A stretch of 64,000 nucleotides of DNA from Vicugna vicugna (lineage: Eukaryota), in the NCBI GenBank assembly GCA_013265495.1, contig MU058153.1:1-64000 (forward strand), read 5' to 3'. Below the pieces are notes generated by a model. The model was not told the origin of the DNA and did no database searches. It was given only the letters and a program-made list of their open reading frames with translations. The position numbers were made by a program, and so were the translations under genes. Below, in pieces: positions 13,446 through 25,337 of the stretch; within the stretch, counting starts at the first letter, position 1; the number at the start of each line of letters is the position of its first letter.

Positions 13446-13540
13446 AAAACCTTCTGCACAGCTAAGGAAACAACACAATGAAAAGGCAACATACTGAATG
13501 GGAGAAAATATTTGCAAATTATATATCTAATGAGGGGTAT
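13446..13540 (+). mobile_element. Resumption of the older host L1
   Basis: 'aaaaccttctgcacagctaaggaaac...gaatgggagaaaatatttgcaaa' continues directly from 'gactacatggaactaaaaacctt' at 10611. Confidence 0.85.
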
Positions 13541-13544
13541 GTAT

Positions 13545-14122
13545 TCTCTAAGATGGAAGCTTTCTCTACAGTTTTTTTGAGCTCTTATCAGAATCTCCTT
13601 TAAAATTGTATTCATGGCAAGCTAAGATTTTTTTCAAAAAAAAAAACCCATGCATCTCAATACCCTTCCAGTCTCTACCCATTGCCCAATTCCAAAGCCA
13701 CTTCCACATATTTAGGTATTTGTTACAGTAGAATGACATTCTTAGCACCATTTTCTATCTTACACTAAGATTTAGCCTGCCTAGTAACAAATACCGTAGA
13801 CTGGTATCTTAAACAACAAATATTTACTTCTCAGTTACGTAGGCTGGATATCTGAGATCATGGTGCCAGCGTATTTTGTGTCCTGTGAGAGCTCTCCTCC
13901 TGGATTGCAGACAGCCACCTTCTTGCTGTGTCCTCACACGAAGGAGAGATTATTCCTCTCATATCTCTCTTTATAGGACAGGGATCCTGTCATAGGGACT
14001 TCACCCCAGTGACCTTAACTAAACCGAATTACCTCCCAAAATTCTCACCTTTTAATAATTAAGACTTAAGTGTATGAATTTTGGTTGAGGAGGGGAGGAG
14101 ACACATACATTTGGTCCATAGT
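13545..14122 (-). mobile_element. MaLR 5' LTR (MLT1A-like) plus start of internal sequence
   Basis: LTR ~13765-14122 ('taacaaataccgtagactgg...ggctggatatctgagatca...ttgcagacagccaccttcttgctgtgtcctcac'). Adjacent minus-strand 'tgtaacaaatacctaaatatgtggaagtggctttggaattgggcaatggg' resembles the MaLR-int start. Confidence 0.8.
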
Positions 14123-14149
14123 GTCACTCTTCTTCCCATCTTTCAAATG

Positions 14150-14420
14150 TCATCAAAATGTCACCACCTCTGGGTGTTTCCTTGCATTCAGGGCCAAAAC
14201 TTACTTGCTGCCCTCTCCAGGTTGTGTCAGCATATGGTTATACCTTTAATATGGCACCTATTACATTGACATTGTATTTTTCTGCTCTGGAGTCTGCTTC
14301 CCCTCAAAAATAGGGAACATTAGTGAATTTGTGACTATGTCTTATTTAGCCTTATAACCTTTATGCCTATCATAGGCTCTGGCATCTAGTAGATTCTCAG
14401 TAAATGTTGTTGAGGGAATA
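14150..14420 (+). mobile_element. L2 3' fragment
   Basis: 'tgcctatcataggctctggcatctagtagattctcagtaaatgttgttga'. Confidence 0.6.
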
Positions 14421-14974
14421 GATATGAGAACTATTTGTGCTTGTTATGTAGGTTATACAATATATATGTTCACAGTAAGAGAGAATGAGGGCAGGATTAG
14501 AAGGAATTCAGCTATGACCATAAATGAAGATGCCCTGGTGGAATTCTGAAGAAAATTTGAAAATTAAAGAAATTTCCTTGCTCATTTCCAATTGCCTTTT
14601 GCAAAAGGAAAGTCGTGTCAAAACACTTTCTGAAACAGGGTCTTTATCCTTGCTTCTTTTATAATAAAAACCAAGCTGCCCTTATCTGTAATGTTCCTCA
14701 TATGTCCTTCCAGCAATCATGCAACTAAATATTGTCTACAATGATCCCAGCACCTCTGGCATCTCATTAAGCAAAGCTTGGTTTGGTACTTGAGGGAATA
14801 ACTCGTCAAAGTCAACAAATTGTGCTGAAGGGCAGCTTTGGTTGCCTCTAATGTAAGAAACCAGTCCTCTGGGAATCTGCAGAGAATACGCTAGAGACAC
14901 ATCTCACACTGAATTATCTGACTCTGAAGCTCAAATTCTTATGATAACAAAGAATAGAACTCATTAAACATTAT

Positions 14975-15560
14975 GATTCAGCAATATTTAATCAGTAACT
15001 AGTATTTGTCCGGCATTGTGCTGTGCCTTGTAGGTTTAATGATGAATGAGACACTTTTTTTTTTTTTTTTTGGTTTCATGGGACCCAGTAAGTTTAAGTG
15101 AGACCAACAGTTAAACAAATATACTATCTTAGCAGAACCATTAAGATAGGGACTGTGTTTGGTTTGTTCACTCTGTGAGAGCTTGGGATAGTTCCTGAGA
15201 CAGTACGATTTTATGAATTTTGTTAAATTAAAAACATAGTAATATGATATATGTAAAAGCAGGAGTATATTCAAGGCACTAGACTGATAAACTCTGTTGT
15301 GAGAGGGTAGGCCTAGGGTAGAGTTCAGAGAAGCAGGAAAAATCTGTACTTTGGAGGGTGAATAGATACCATGTTGGAGGGTGAAGACTGTTTAACAGGG
15401 ATTGGGATTGGGAGACTGGAACTTTCCAGGCACAGGAAACAGTGTGTGCAAATGCATGGCATTGCAAAAAAAGGAGGAAGGTGCTGAAAAGAAAGTGGCT
15501 TACAGGAAATGCAGCAAAGGGATGTAAAAGCAACTTACACTAGAAAGGGCAGGAGCCCCA
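14975..15560 (-). mobile_element. L2 fragments
   Basis: 'attcagcaatattta...tatttgtccggcattgtgct' and 'ttccaggcacaggaaacagtgtgtgcaaatgcatgg'. Confidence 0.55.
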
Positions 15561-16034
15561 TAAACAGGGTGGAAGAGAATGTCTCCTGTTGCAAAGGACT
15601 AGTCAAAATAGCAGCTCCTTCAGGTTAAAAAGATCAGCTCTACCTAATACAAAACACGATCTTATGTCAAGGGCTTCCAGAATTGGTCGCCACCACTCTT
15701 TGAATCAGGAGTTCAGAGACCTGGCATATCCATACAATAGAGGGATGGTGTTTACCTCTCCCAAGACCTGGAAAACTTGCATTCGGAAGTGGGAAGTGGA
15801 CCAAGGACTAGTGCTTGGAAGTTTCCTTTGCTCTCAGCCTTTGCAGAATTTTTCTCTGCTAAGCAGATTCAAACTTACTAAGTTTGTAGCTCAGGGAACA
15901 TGTTTGAGTTTTATTAGTGCTGCTTGTAGAGGTACGTCTTTGCTTTTATCCTCTAGTGAAGCCATAGACAGATAATAGATTCATCTTCTTTACTACGCCA
16001 GAGACTTTAAATAAAAACCACAAATCAGAAGTGA

Positions 16035-16410
16035 CACGGTGTGATGGAAAGAGTAAGGCCACTGACATGAGAAAACCTGAGGTCAAGATCTTGTTTTCTA
16101 GCTTCTACCTCAGTGAGTCTTCAGTTTCTCTGAGTCTCAGTGTCCTCATACATGTAATAGGGCTAATAAAATTTGTCAAAACTACTAAAAAGCTAATCTT
16201 AATATAAACAGTAAAAGTTAATAAAGGTTAATCTTAATATACAATAATAGAATAATAATGACCATTTTCTGAGTATTTGCTACATCTCCACCTGCTGTTT
16301 CTTTTATGCTTATTACTTCATTTAATCATCTTAATTACCCCAATAAATTGATATTTTTTATTTTTCCTAATTTGCAAATAATGAAACTAAGTTTCAAATA
16401 GATACACTCA
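16035..16410. mobile_element. MIR fragments, + then -
   Basis: 'gtgtgatggaaagagta...tctctgagtctcagtgtcctcat' and 'tttgcaaataatgaaactaag'. Confidence 0.6.
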
Positions 16411-16426
16411 ATAACACAAACAAATA

Positions 16427-16659
16427 CGGGGGGTAGAGGGTGGGAAGGGATAGACTGGGATTTCGAAATTGTAGAATAGATAAACAAGATTACACTGTAT
16501 AGCACAGGGAAATATACACAAAATGTTATGATAAATCACAGAGAAAAAATGTGACAATGAGTGTGTATATGTCCATGAATGACTGAAAAATTGTGCTGAA
16601 CACTGGAATTTGACACAACATTGTAAAATGATTATAAATCAATAAAAAATGTTTAAAAA
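16427..16659 (+). mobile_element. Young L1 3'UTR fragment with a perfect 17-bp TSD
   Basis: G-tract, 'tgtatagcacagggaaatata', aataaa and A tail. TSD aataacacaaacaaata at 16410-16426 and 16660-16676. Confidence 0.95.
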
Positions 16660-16859
16660 AATAACACAAACAAATATAAAGCTAGAAATATTTGTATTTG
16701 TTGCTAAATCTCCATTTTTTGGATCATGTATCTTTTGGGTAGAAACAATGCACTTAGGAATAAATCTTAAAGCTGGAAAATTTTTGGCTTGGTTTACCCT
16801 AAACTCTGAAAATACATTTGAATTCTAGAGTAATACATGCAGTAATGATCGAAGTATTA

Positions 16860-17080
16860 GCAGAAACCAACATTAACTGAGAGTTCTACCTTTACATGGG
16901 TTATAACTCAGTTCCTCATCATCATACTAAAATGTATATTTTCTACATGATTCCATTCTACTATATAAATGATAGTATCATCATTTTTGCCGTGAGAAAA
17001 GCAAGTCTCAGAAGGCCAGAGAAAGTTGTTTAATGTCAAGCAGAAAGTGGAAGAGCCAGAATTACACGTAGCCTAATCTC
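16860..17080 (-). mobile_element. MIR SINE
   Basis: 'catttttgccgtgagaaaagcaagtctcagaagg...aagtggaagagccagaatt'. Confidence 0.55.
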
Positions 17081-17709
17081 AATCACAGTGTTATATTGAC
17101 CCAAAGTTCCCAATTGTGCATTACCACATATTGTTGATAGAGCAACACGGCACTTATACCATATTCATCCCAGCACTCTATCCTCATGTATGCCACCATT
17201 CATGCCATAATGCTTACCAACGTCTGTTCGTTCTTTGATTATACTCATCCTCAGTACTGCACATGGGGCCAGGGTAGGGGAGAAGAGTTGTTGGCACTAG
17301 AAATCTGGGAATCTGGAGATAGGCCGTCTGCAATAACCATTCTGTGCCCCTCTCCTGAGCCATTTCCCAATTCACCAAACACCGTGTCTACGAAGAACAG
17401 CAATGGTTTCCAATATTGGCAACAACAGTTACATTTCTACATTGTTCATACAGTTTTTATTTCCATTGTCCACTTTCTTTACCTAACCAGAAAGAACAAA
17501 TAAGCTTGACCAACCTGTTTTATACACCATTAAATGCATTTATATCTATTTCCATGTACTTGCACATTTCAACAGTATATCTACAAACGTATAGATTTGT
17601 AAGGCATCAAGAGATTTTCCCTACCATCCTTCCCTCTAGAATCCAAAATCTGATCATTTCTTTTTAGTAGAAAGGGGCAATTACTTTGGGTCACTTTAGT
17701 ACTGTGCTT

Positions 17710-18170
17710 TTCATTCAATTGATATTTACTGAGTTCCTACCATGTGTTAGACAGAAGCAGTAGACATATGGTGGGAGAGAGAAAAAGAACAAATTAATGT
17801 AATGGTTTTCAATCAGGATAAATTATCTGAGGGGACTGTAAAATGGAGTAATGGATTAAAAATAGATGAGAGATCATAAGATGGTCTCAGGTAAGAGGGA
17901 ACATTTAAGCTGAGACCTGAATGTTAAGAAGAACTCAGTTTGTGACAATGTGGAAAAGAGTATTCCAAGTAGAGGTGGCAGCAGATGCAAAACCTCTGAG
18001 GAGGAAACAAGCTTAGTCTGTTCCAGAAAAGTGAGTAGATCAAAGAAGCTGCAGTGCAGAGAGATAAACATATTGTGACATAAAATGAGATCACAAAAGG
18101 AGGAGGGAACCAGATTTAGTAGAGTTTTCTGGGCCATGTTAAGATTTTCAGAATTTATTTTAAGAAAGTG
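17710..18170 (-). mobile_element. L2 LINE fragment
   Basis: 'tttactgagttcctaccatgtgttagaca', 'acatttaagctgagacctgaatg', 'attccaagtagaggtggcagcagatgcaaaacctctgag'. Confidence 0.85.
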
Positions 18171-18619
18171 TTAACTTTAGTAGACATTTGATACAAAGAC
18201 AAGTGAAAATTGACAGAATTTTCCAAACTTCATGTAAGAATGGGGTTATCAAGATCATTCATCAGTGGAAGTAGTGATCCAATTATGGCATCTTGGCTGA
18301 ACAGAGACCCCAGAGATAGGAAGGAAAATAAAGGTGGGTCTGGGGTCTGGGTAAAGAAAAGTAGCGTGAGCTACAACAGAGGACAGTATAACGTTTTTCT
18401 AAGGCTCAACCTTCATGTCAAAAAGGGACTTCATCTATTGTGAGCGCTCAGTTTGTGGCTATCAGAATCCACTTTTCCTTCCTTTGCAAAGAGTACACAG
18501 AAATCACACTTGGAAATCATCTCTCTCCTCTCTCCCACTCTCAGTCCAAGGACTTCAAATGGTATCGACACCTTGCCTTTTTCCTGGGAATGTAGGGAGG
18601 ATGGTATTTGTGATCTTTG

Positions 18620-19470
18620 ACTGGTTATAACATCTCATTGCTTTGGCCACAAAGTTTATTTCAGTTTTGGGCATGTGCTCCAGCTCGGTCTAATGGGTGC
18701 TACTTCAAGATTTCTTTTCAAATTTCTGAGAAAGAAAAAAAATTTCTTTCTGGATTCCAACATGGAAGGCTATAAATCTAGAGTTACTGATAACCATCTT
18801 GCTACCATTGGAGCCTAAAAATGAACCACGATGGAGAAGCATGAAGCTAAGATACAGAGCAGATTTTAATAACATGATTTGACCTCGAGATCAAGCAGCC
18901 TTTAGCTTGTGACAGTCAGGTCCCAGGAGGAAACAGAGTTTACTCCAGATTGTTTTCATAAAAATATTTTAATAAAACGATTATTTACAGAGAAGCAAGA
19001 AAAATTAAGGAAATAAATAAAGAAGGGTGTAGTGCTCAAAACCTAGGAAAAAATGAAAAGTGGCTATCATCTCTGGAGGTAAAGGCATAAGGGGAAGAAA
19101 TAGTGTTATCCCAGCTCAGTAAAAGCTGGAGTAGTGGAGAAGTGCTTTTAGGGGTATTAGTAGTGAAGAGATGGAAATTCAGTCCTGAAGGATGGAGTGA
19201 GTAGAAAAGAAATATTCTGGTATTTTTCTCAGCAAGACCTCTAATCTCTGGCTAGTAACTCCCACTCCCCTGTCATCACCCAACTGGAAGAGAGCTAGCA
19301 ACAAAATCAGTGAGGCAATTAACAGAAATCAGCCTCCAGTGTAACAGAGAAGGCTAAAGGAAAGTGGATAACACATGGGAAGTGGGGCAAAAAGAGAATA
19401 ATTTGCACAAAGTCAAATTGAATACCATGTGACTTTCCATATATATATGGGCTAAAACATTCATACATCC
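18620..19470. mobile_element. Old MLT1 LTR (+) interrupted by an ERVL-type LTR (LTR33/41-like, -) at ~18908-19408
   Basis: MLT1K/L-like 'gggcatgtgctccagctcggtctaat...ccatcttgctacca'. Insert runs from 'tgtgacagtcaggtcccaggaggaaacaga' to 'gagaataatttgcaca'. Confidence 0.5.
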
Positions 19471-20059
19471 CTACTCTTTTTTTAGGGAATCAGAAATCAG
19501 TATTCCACTTCTTGCAATTAAAAAATTCTAATAAATCCTTTGGATCTTGAAAAATTACAGTACCCTCTCCCACACAGAAATCTTTTATTGTAGTGTTTAC
19601 GAAGAGGGTCAGAGTGATCTTGAAACATTCAGTTATGCAATTCATACATGAAATGTATGTACACGTTGTTCCAGTTCTTTCTGCAGAGACCAACTAGGAA
19701 AGAGATCACGAGTCAGTGATTCTTCCGTATCCATTAGACCGAAATATTAATAGAATGAGTGGAGTAGTTGGAATATTTTCATGTCTAGTTTAATGTGGAT
19801 GGGTAAATATTCATATGATGGTAGTTTCTTTTCACGCAGAGCTCAGTGGGAACACTCCTTCAAATTAAATGAGTCCAGTGGGGCATTTAAAGTTGGAAAA
19901 AGAGAGATAGGAATGTTTCTGCAAGACATAGATGAATGATTGCATAAGCCTTAGGTCTAAATCCAGGAAAGTATCTCCCCTGATTATTCAAATTGGATTT
20001 CTATACCGTAATGTAGAGGTAATGAAAAGGTAGCAAATTAATTCTAAACTTTATCATCT

Positions 20060-20220
20060 GGAAGGGAGGTCACAAAGTCCATCTACTTCTTTTTACAGAT
20101 GACAGAAATGTAAGCCAGAGAGGTGCAGTGACTTGCTGAATGTCACCCAGCTAGTTAGTGGCAGAGCTAGAATTAAAGCTTGAATTCTGAATCTTGATCT
20201 TAGGCATTTCATTCTACCAA
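20060..20220 (-). mobile_element. MIR SINE
   Basis: 'ttttacagatgacagaaatgtaagccagagaggtgcagtgacttgctgaatgtcacccagctagttagtggcagagctagaatt'. Confidence 0.85.
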
Positions 20221-21593
20221 GTAGTAGTATATAGTTTAGAATGCAAAATAAGAGATTTGTTTGAATTCTAGCTCCATTGCTTTGTTGGCTAATCTATAAA
20301 CAAGATGCTTACTTTCTCCACAATGAAATGTTATAACTGGTGCATCACATCTACTGGTTTTCAATCACTGACATTTCCCTGGAGTTTAGCCATGATTCTA
20401 TTGACACATATGCATTTTCCTTTTCATAAACTTTGTGCAATCTTGCCTAACCTTGTCAGTCCTTTTTATAATCACAGAGTGATGTTCATTAGGGTACTAT
20501 TGATACATCAAAGTATAAAACTTGGAAGTCTCTCTACTATTCAATCACTGCCAACACATTACAATCACTGCCAACATACCACCTTTCTGCTGTCTGAACG
20601 TGTCAGCGTGTAAAGAGTTAACAAGCATGACAGTGACCATATTTGCTTATCACTGAACTTTTGTGGTTAAGGTGACTGGACTGTGAATTTTATGGCAAAC
20701 TCTTAAAACTTCTTTGTCCAGAGTTAATAAGCAGACATTGATTTTTCTCTTTGATAATTAACTACAAACTATCTTAGGTAATCCAGTCAAAAAGCTGGCA
20801 TTGTCTAGAGCTTCCCACTTTTTAGGAGAGCTTGCCGAATGGCTCAGTTCAGCTTTTTTCCCTCTGTTTTACCCCAAAGAAACAATAAGGGCTTGACTGC
20901 ATTTGCCATTTTTAGTGGTTTGGTCTCTCCTGATGTGACAGCAACATGGGGCCAGTAGGTCAGGTTTGATTTACTCTGTAATGAGACTTTGGGGACAGTT
21001 TTCTCTACTGATCTCTTCCTCCACTTGAGTAGTAGCAACTGTGGCTTATAAATGTTGCCATTCTGTACTCCCTGAAAGACTTGCTGATCGTGTGAAATGT
21101 CAATGTCACTGTTATTTCTTTGAACTTGAGTTATTTTAGACATGTACCTCAAGCCCTCAATGAAGTTCCCAAACCATAAATAAATGTAGTAATTGGCCCA
21201 AACCACAGTGACACTGGCAAGTCTTTGATGTACTGCTAAACAGTCATATGCTACTCTTAGAATCAAAGCAATTCAGCGTTAGAGGAGGCCTTAGAGGTCA
21301 TTTGCTCCTACTTCTTATTCTACCCTCTGGCTATATTGCAGCTAGGGTGTCAAAGGTCACACAGGCCTTTGATATTTAAAGAAAATTGGTTTGAACTGCC
21401 TTAACCCTCATTCCATGAAAGTAGATGCTCTCCAAAAGAGTTTGCAAAATTTCCACATGTTTATGTATTCACTCATCATGTCTCTTTTCAATGATCCACC
21501 TGCCTTATTTCCAGTGCTTTTTTTCTCTTCTCTCTAGCATGCACTGAGATGTACATGGTATTCTGCTCTTTTGCTTTTATTTTCCCCAACTAT

Positions 21594-22230
21594 TAAAACC
21601 AAGTGGGATCCTGTGTGGCCTTCCTGGGGACAGACCCCCCCCCCACCCCACTCTTGTTTACAGAAAAGCTTTAGCCTTCTAGGCCTTCCCTGAGTCCTGA
21701 AGAGAAAATTTAATCAGATCAGTGTGAAGGTACAGAAATAAAGAAAAACAGTCATGCAAGACAAAATAATAATAGTTTGCCATAAAATAAAATCAAAGAC
21801 CTTTAGTTCCTCCTCATGAGCTATGGATAATCTCCTGAGCCACATCCTTGAGTTGTTTTGCAGATATAAAACCCCCACCAGGTGGAAGAAGTTAACCACA
21901 TGTTGACTATCAACATGTAGACCCCAGACCAGTTGGAACCAGCAGGTTGATAATGTTGACTCCCCAAAATACCACCCAGTTACCTCATCATCAATTAATC
22001 AGAAGAATGTCCATGAGATGACCAGGCAACCCTCTGAACCTTTCCTTCATCTTATCTTTAAAAACCCTTCCCTGAGAACCATAGGGGAGTTTGGGTCTTC
22101 TGAGCATCAGCTGCCCATTCTCCTTATTTGGCCCTGCAATAAGTGCTTTACTTCACTCATCACAACCTGGTATCAGTAGATTGGCTTTGCTGCCCATAGG
22201 ATGAGAAAATCCAAGTTTGGTTTTGTAGCA
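21594..22230 (+). mobile_element. ERV1-type solo LTR
   Basis: 4-bp TSD ctat (21590-21593 / 22231-22234), ends in CA, TATA-like 'tttaaaaa' followed by a 'caataagtgc' polyA-like site. Confidence 0.8.
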
Positions 22231-22599
22231 CTATTACTTGAAAAAAACATTTGTGAATATATAACACTTTACTGATGACCCTATGCAACTTGTGTAACAG
22301 CACAGCAATTAAAAATTGAAAGTAAGTTTGCCCAATTAAAAATTCCTTGTGGCAGACGTGCCACTAGGAATTTCTCGTGGGAGTTCCTGCTTAGCCCCCT
22401 CATCCCTCTTTGTATTTGATTCTACTCCATAATAAAAGTGTTTAACTTCCTTCAATGTAACTAAATCTTTTCTAGTTCTATTTCACAAAGAATATCCACA
22501 AGGGGCTTTATCTGAATGATTAAACATACCCATTAAAGTGAGTTCCTAAATATGTACCACTTTTTTTCCTGAGAGGAACTCTGCTACTAACTAGTTTTA

Positions 22600-22708
22600 T
22601 CCCACCCAACTCCCTCCCTTCTTCTACCTTCTCTCTCCTGCCCCCTCTCTCCCTCTTTATACTTCCCCCACATCCCCTCCCCCTCCCTTTCTCTCTTCCT
22701 TCTTTTTC
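22600..22708. repeat. Polypyrimidine low-complexity tract
   Basis: About 100 nt almost entirely C/T. Confidence 0.85.
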
Positions 22709-22715
22709 AAGGCTA

Positions 22716-23265
22716 TGTTGGTGAGTAAAAATAATTATCCTTGTGCCCTTCTAGGGTCTTGGCTTAGAGCCCGCTGTAATAAAAGACAGATTAGCAGGAG
22801 AAAAACAAACAGAAGTTTAATAAAATATAGACCTCCAGTATACATGGGAGAGAACCCGGAAAACTGAGTAACTCCCTGAAATGGCCCAAGCTATCACCTT
22901 AAATGTCATCTTCTGATGACGACAAGAGAAGGATGTTGGAAGGAGGTGGGAAAAGTGAGGGAAAGGCTGTTAATAGGAGGTTACCAGAGAAAGCACAGAA
23001 ACAAGAAACAAGAGTATGGTTGAGATACAGATCAAAATAATGCCGTCTCCATTGATAAGAATTTCTAGAGATTTAGTTGTCCTTTTCTTCCTAGTACTGA
23101 AAGGGAGACACCCTTACAAATGGAAATTTCCCTTTAACATGTAAATTTATCTTACAAAAGGATAAATTCTGCTGGATTTTCAGAGCTTCTTTTGTATCAG
23201 TTTTTTCTTAAAAATAACCAGCTCAAGATTATTTTGCCAAAGAGACATATTTTGGGGTGGCAACA
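22716..23265 (-). mobile_element. ERV1-type LTR (MER34/LTR39-like)
   Basis: tgttg...caaca termini; 'aaaagacagattagcaggagaaaaac' and 'cttaaaaataaccagctcaag...gccaaagagacatattttggggtggca'. Confidence 0.75.
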
Positions 23266-24149
23266 AAACTATTAAAACTGGGAGGCACAATACAAAAACC
23301 TTATATACTCTCCTCAAGTTTTAATTAGGTGAGAATACTAAACTTTATGTTTAAGGATATTGCTCAAGCACATACATATTGTAAAAAATCACACAAATGT
23401 TAATATGATAGAACTAAACATCTTTTTTAAGAGCAGTTTTAGGTTCACAGCAAAATTAAGAGAAAGACAGAGATTTCCCATATGACTTCTGTCCCTACAT
23501 ATGTAGAGCCTCCCCCATTATCCTTATCCCCACCAGAGTGGAACATTTATTGCAATTGATGAACCTGCATTGAGACATCATAATCACCCAAAGTGCATGG
23601 TTTATGTTAGGTTTCACTCTTGGTGGTGTACATCCTGTGTGTTCAGAAAATGTATAATGACAAGTATCCACCATTATAATGTCATACAGAGTATTTCTTT
23701 GCCCTAAAAAATCCTGTGCTCTTCTTATTTATGTCTCCCCTCACCCAACCCCAGACCAGTAACCAATGATCTTTTTACTCTCGCCATAGTTTTGCCTTTT
23801 CCGCTATGTCATATAGTTGGAATCAAACAGGAAGTATTCTTTTCAGATTGCCTTCTTTCACTTAGTAATATACTAAGTGTTAAGTGATCCATGCCTTTTC
23901 ATGGTTTGATAGTTCATTTCTTTTTAATATTGAATGATAGTCTGTAGTAAGATAGTAAGAGTATATTTAGTTTCCTAAGAAACTACTAAACTGGCTTCCA
24001 ATGTGGCTGTACCATTTTGCTTTCTCACTAGCAATCAATGAGAGTTTCTGTTGAGCCACATCCTCACCAGCATTTGGTGTTGTCAGTGTTACAGATTTTG
24101 GGCATTCAATAGATGCGTTGTGGCATCTCATTGTCATTTTAATTTGCAC

Positions 24150-24157
24150 TGTCAACT

Positions 24158-24207
<50 letters not shown>

Positions 24208-24622
24208 TAAGAACTGTGAGTTCTGTTTTATTCAGAGAACTTACTGAAGACTATAGCCCTGGAAACAGCCTCTCAGGACCTCTGAGGAGACTTTTCCACA
24301 GAGATAGGGAAGAAGCCAGTATATACATGATTTGTGGCTAGGGGTTATGTACAGTCAAGAATAAATATATCTCAGTAATTCTGATCACAAAGAGCAGATA
24401 CCTCAGTTAATGATTTTAGTGCTTTTTCTATGTATGAGAAGATGCAAGAATCTGTGTTCATTAAAATTCTTCCTGAGATACCTATTGAAGGAGATTGTTT
24501 TGCCAAGGCACAGAGTGCCTCATCCTGAATTCCTCTCAGGTTGCTCTGTTGGTCAGCAACTGCAGTGCCTAATGATTTAAGCCTTGTAGAACCAAATAGT
24601 GAGCAACATTCTTTGTTTTACA
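24150..24622 (-). mobile_element. MER41-like ERV1 solo LTR containing (AC)n
   Basis: TG...CA termini; TSD gcac/gcat (24146-24149 / 24623-24626); similar to 55814-56290. Confidence 0.8.
24160..24205. repeat. Perfect (AC)~23 microsatellite
   Basis: Seen directly. Confidence 0.97.
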
Positions 24623-25130
24623 GCATTTTCCTGGTGACATATAATGTGGAGCATCTTTTCATATGCTCACTTGCCATATGCATATGTTCTTTGATGAAGT
24701 GTTTGTCAAGTCCTTTGGCCCATTTTTGAATCAGGTTGTTAGTTTTCTTACTATTGGGTTCAAGAGTTTTGGGTGTATTTTAAATAACATCCTTTATCAC
24801 ATGTATCTTTTGCAAATATTTTCTCCCAGTCTGTGGCTTGTCTTCTTATTCTCTCCACATTGTTTTTAACAGAACAGAGTTTTTTGATTTTAGTGAAGTC
24901 CATCTTATTGATTCTTTCTTTCATGAATTACACCATCGGTTTTGTATCTTAAAAGGTATCACCATATACAAGGTAATCTAGCTTTTGTTAGCCTTTTCAT
25001 TCCCATTTTATGAATTTCAAGTTGAATCACAGTCAGGGTATGATTTTTTTTAATGTTATATTAATAAAAGCATATGTGATAAATATAGAATCTGAAATTA
25101 AGAGAAATATAAATTAAAAGTAAATATTTG

Positions 25131-25337
25131 GGGATAAATTAGGTATCTGGGACTAACAGATACAAACTACTATATATAAAATAGATAAGTAACAAGCCTT
25201 TAATGTATAGCACAGGGAATTATATTCAGTAGCTTATAATAACCTTTAATGAAAAAGAATATATATATGTATAACTGAATCATTATGCTGCACCCCAAAA
25301 CCTAACAACATTGTAAGTCAACTATACTTCAATTTAA
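25131..25337 (+). mobile_element. L1 3'UTR fragment with a 15-bp TSD
   Basis: Similar to 13221-13425. TSD aaaagtaaatatttg at 25116-25130 and 25338-25352. Confidence 0.92.

Larger units (their letters stand above)
23420..24990 (-). mobile_element. L1MC1/2-like 3' end, split by an LTR at 24150-24622
   Basis: 'agcagttttaggttcacagcaaaatt...ccccaccagagtgg...cataatcacccaaagt'; ORF2 C-terminal sequence lies on both sides of the LTR. Confidence 0.85.

Noticed and set aside
14595..14608. 14-bp perfect palindrome ccttttgcaaaagg
   Set aside because: A few such palindromes are expected by chance in 64 kb.
15589..15975. 128-aa ORF (also the 140-aa ORF at 20844-21266)
   Set aside because: No recognisable domain, non-ATG start and no clear splice context; consistent with chance.
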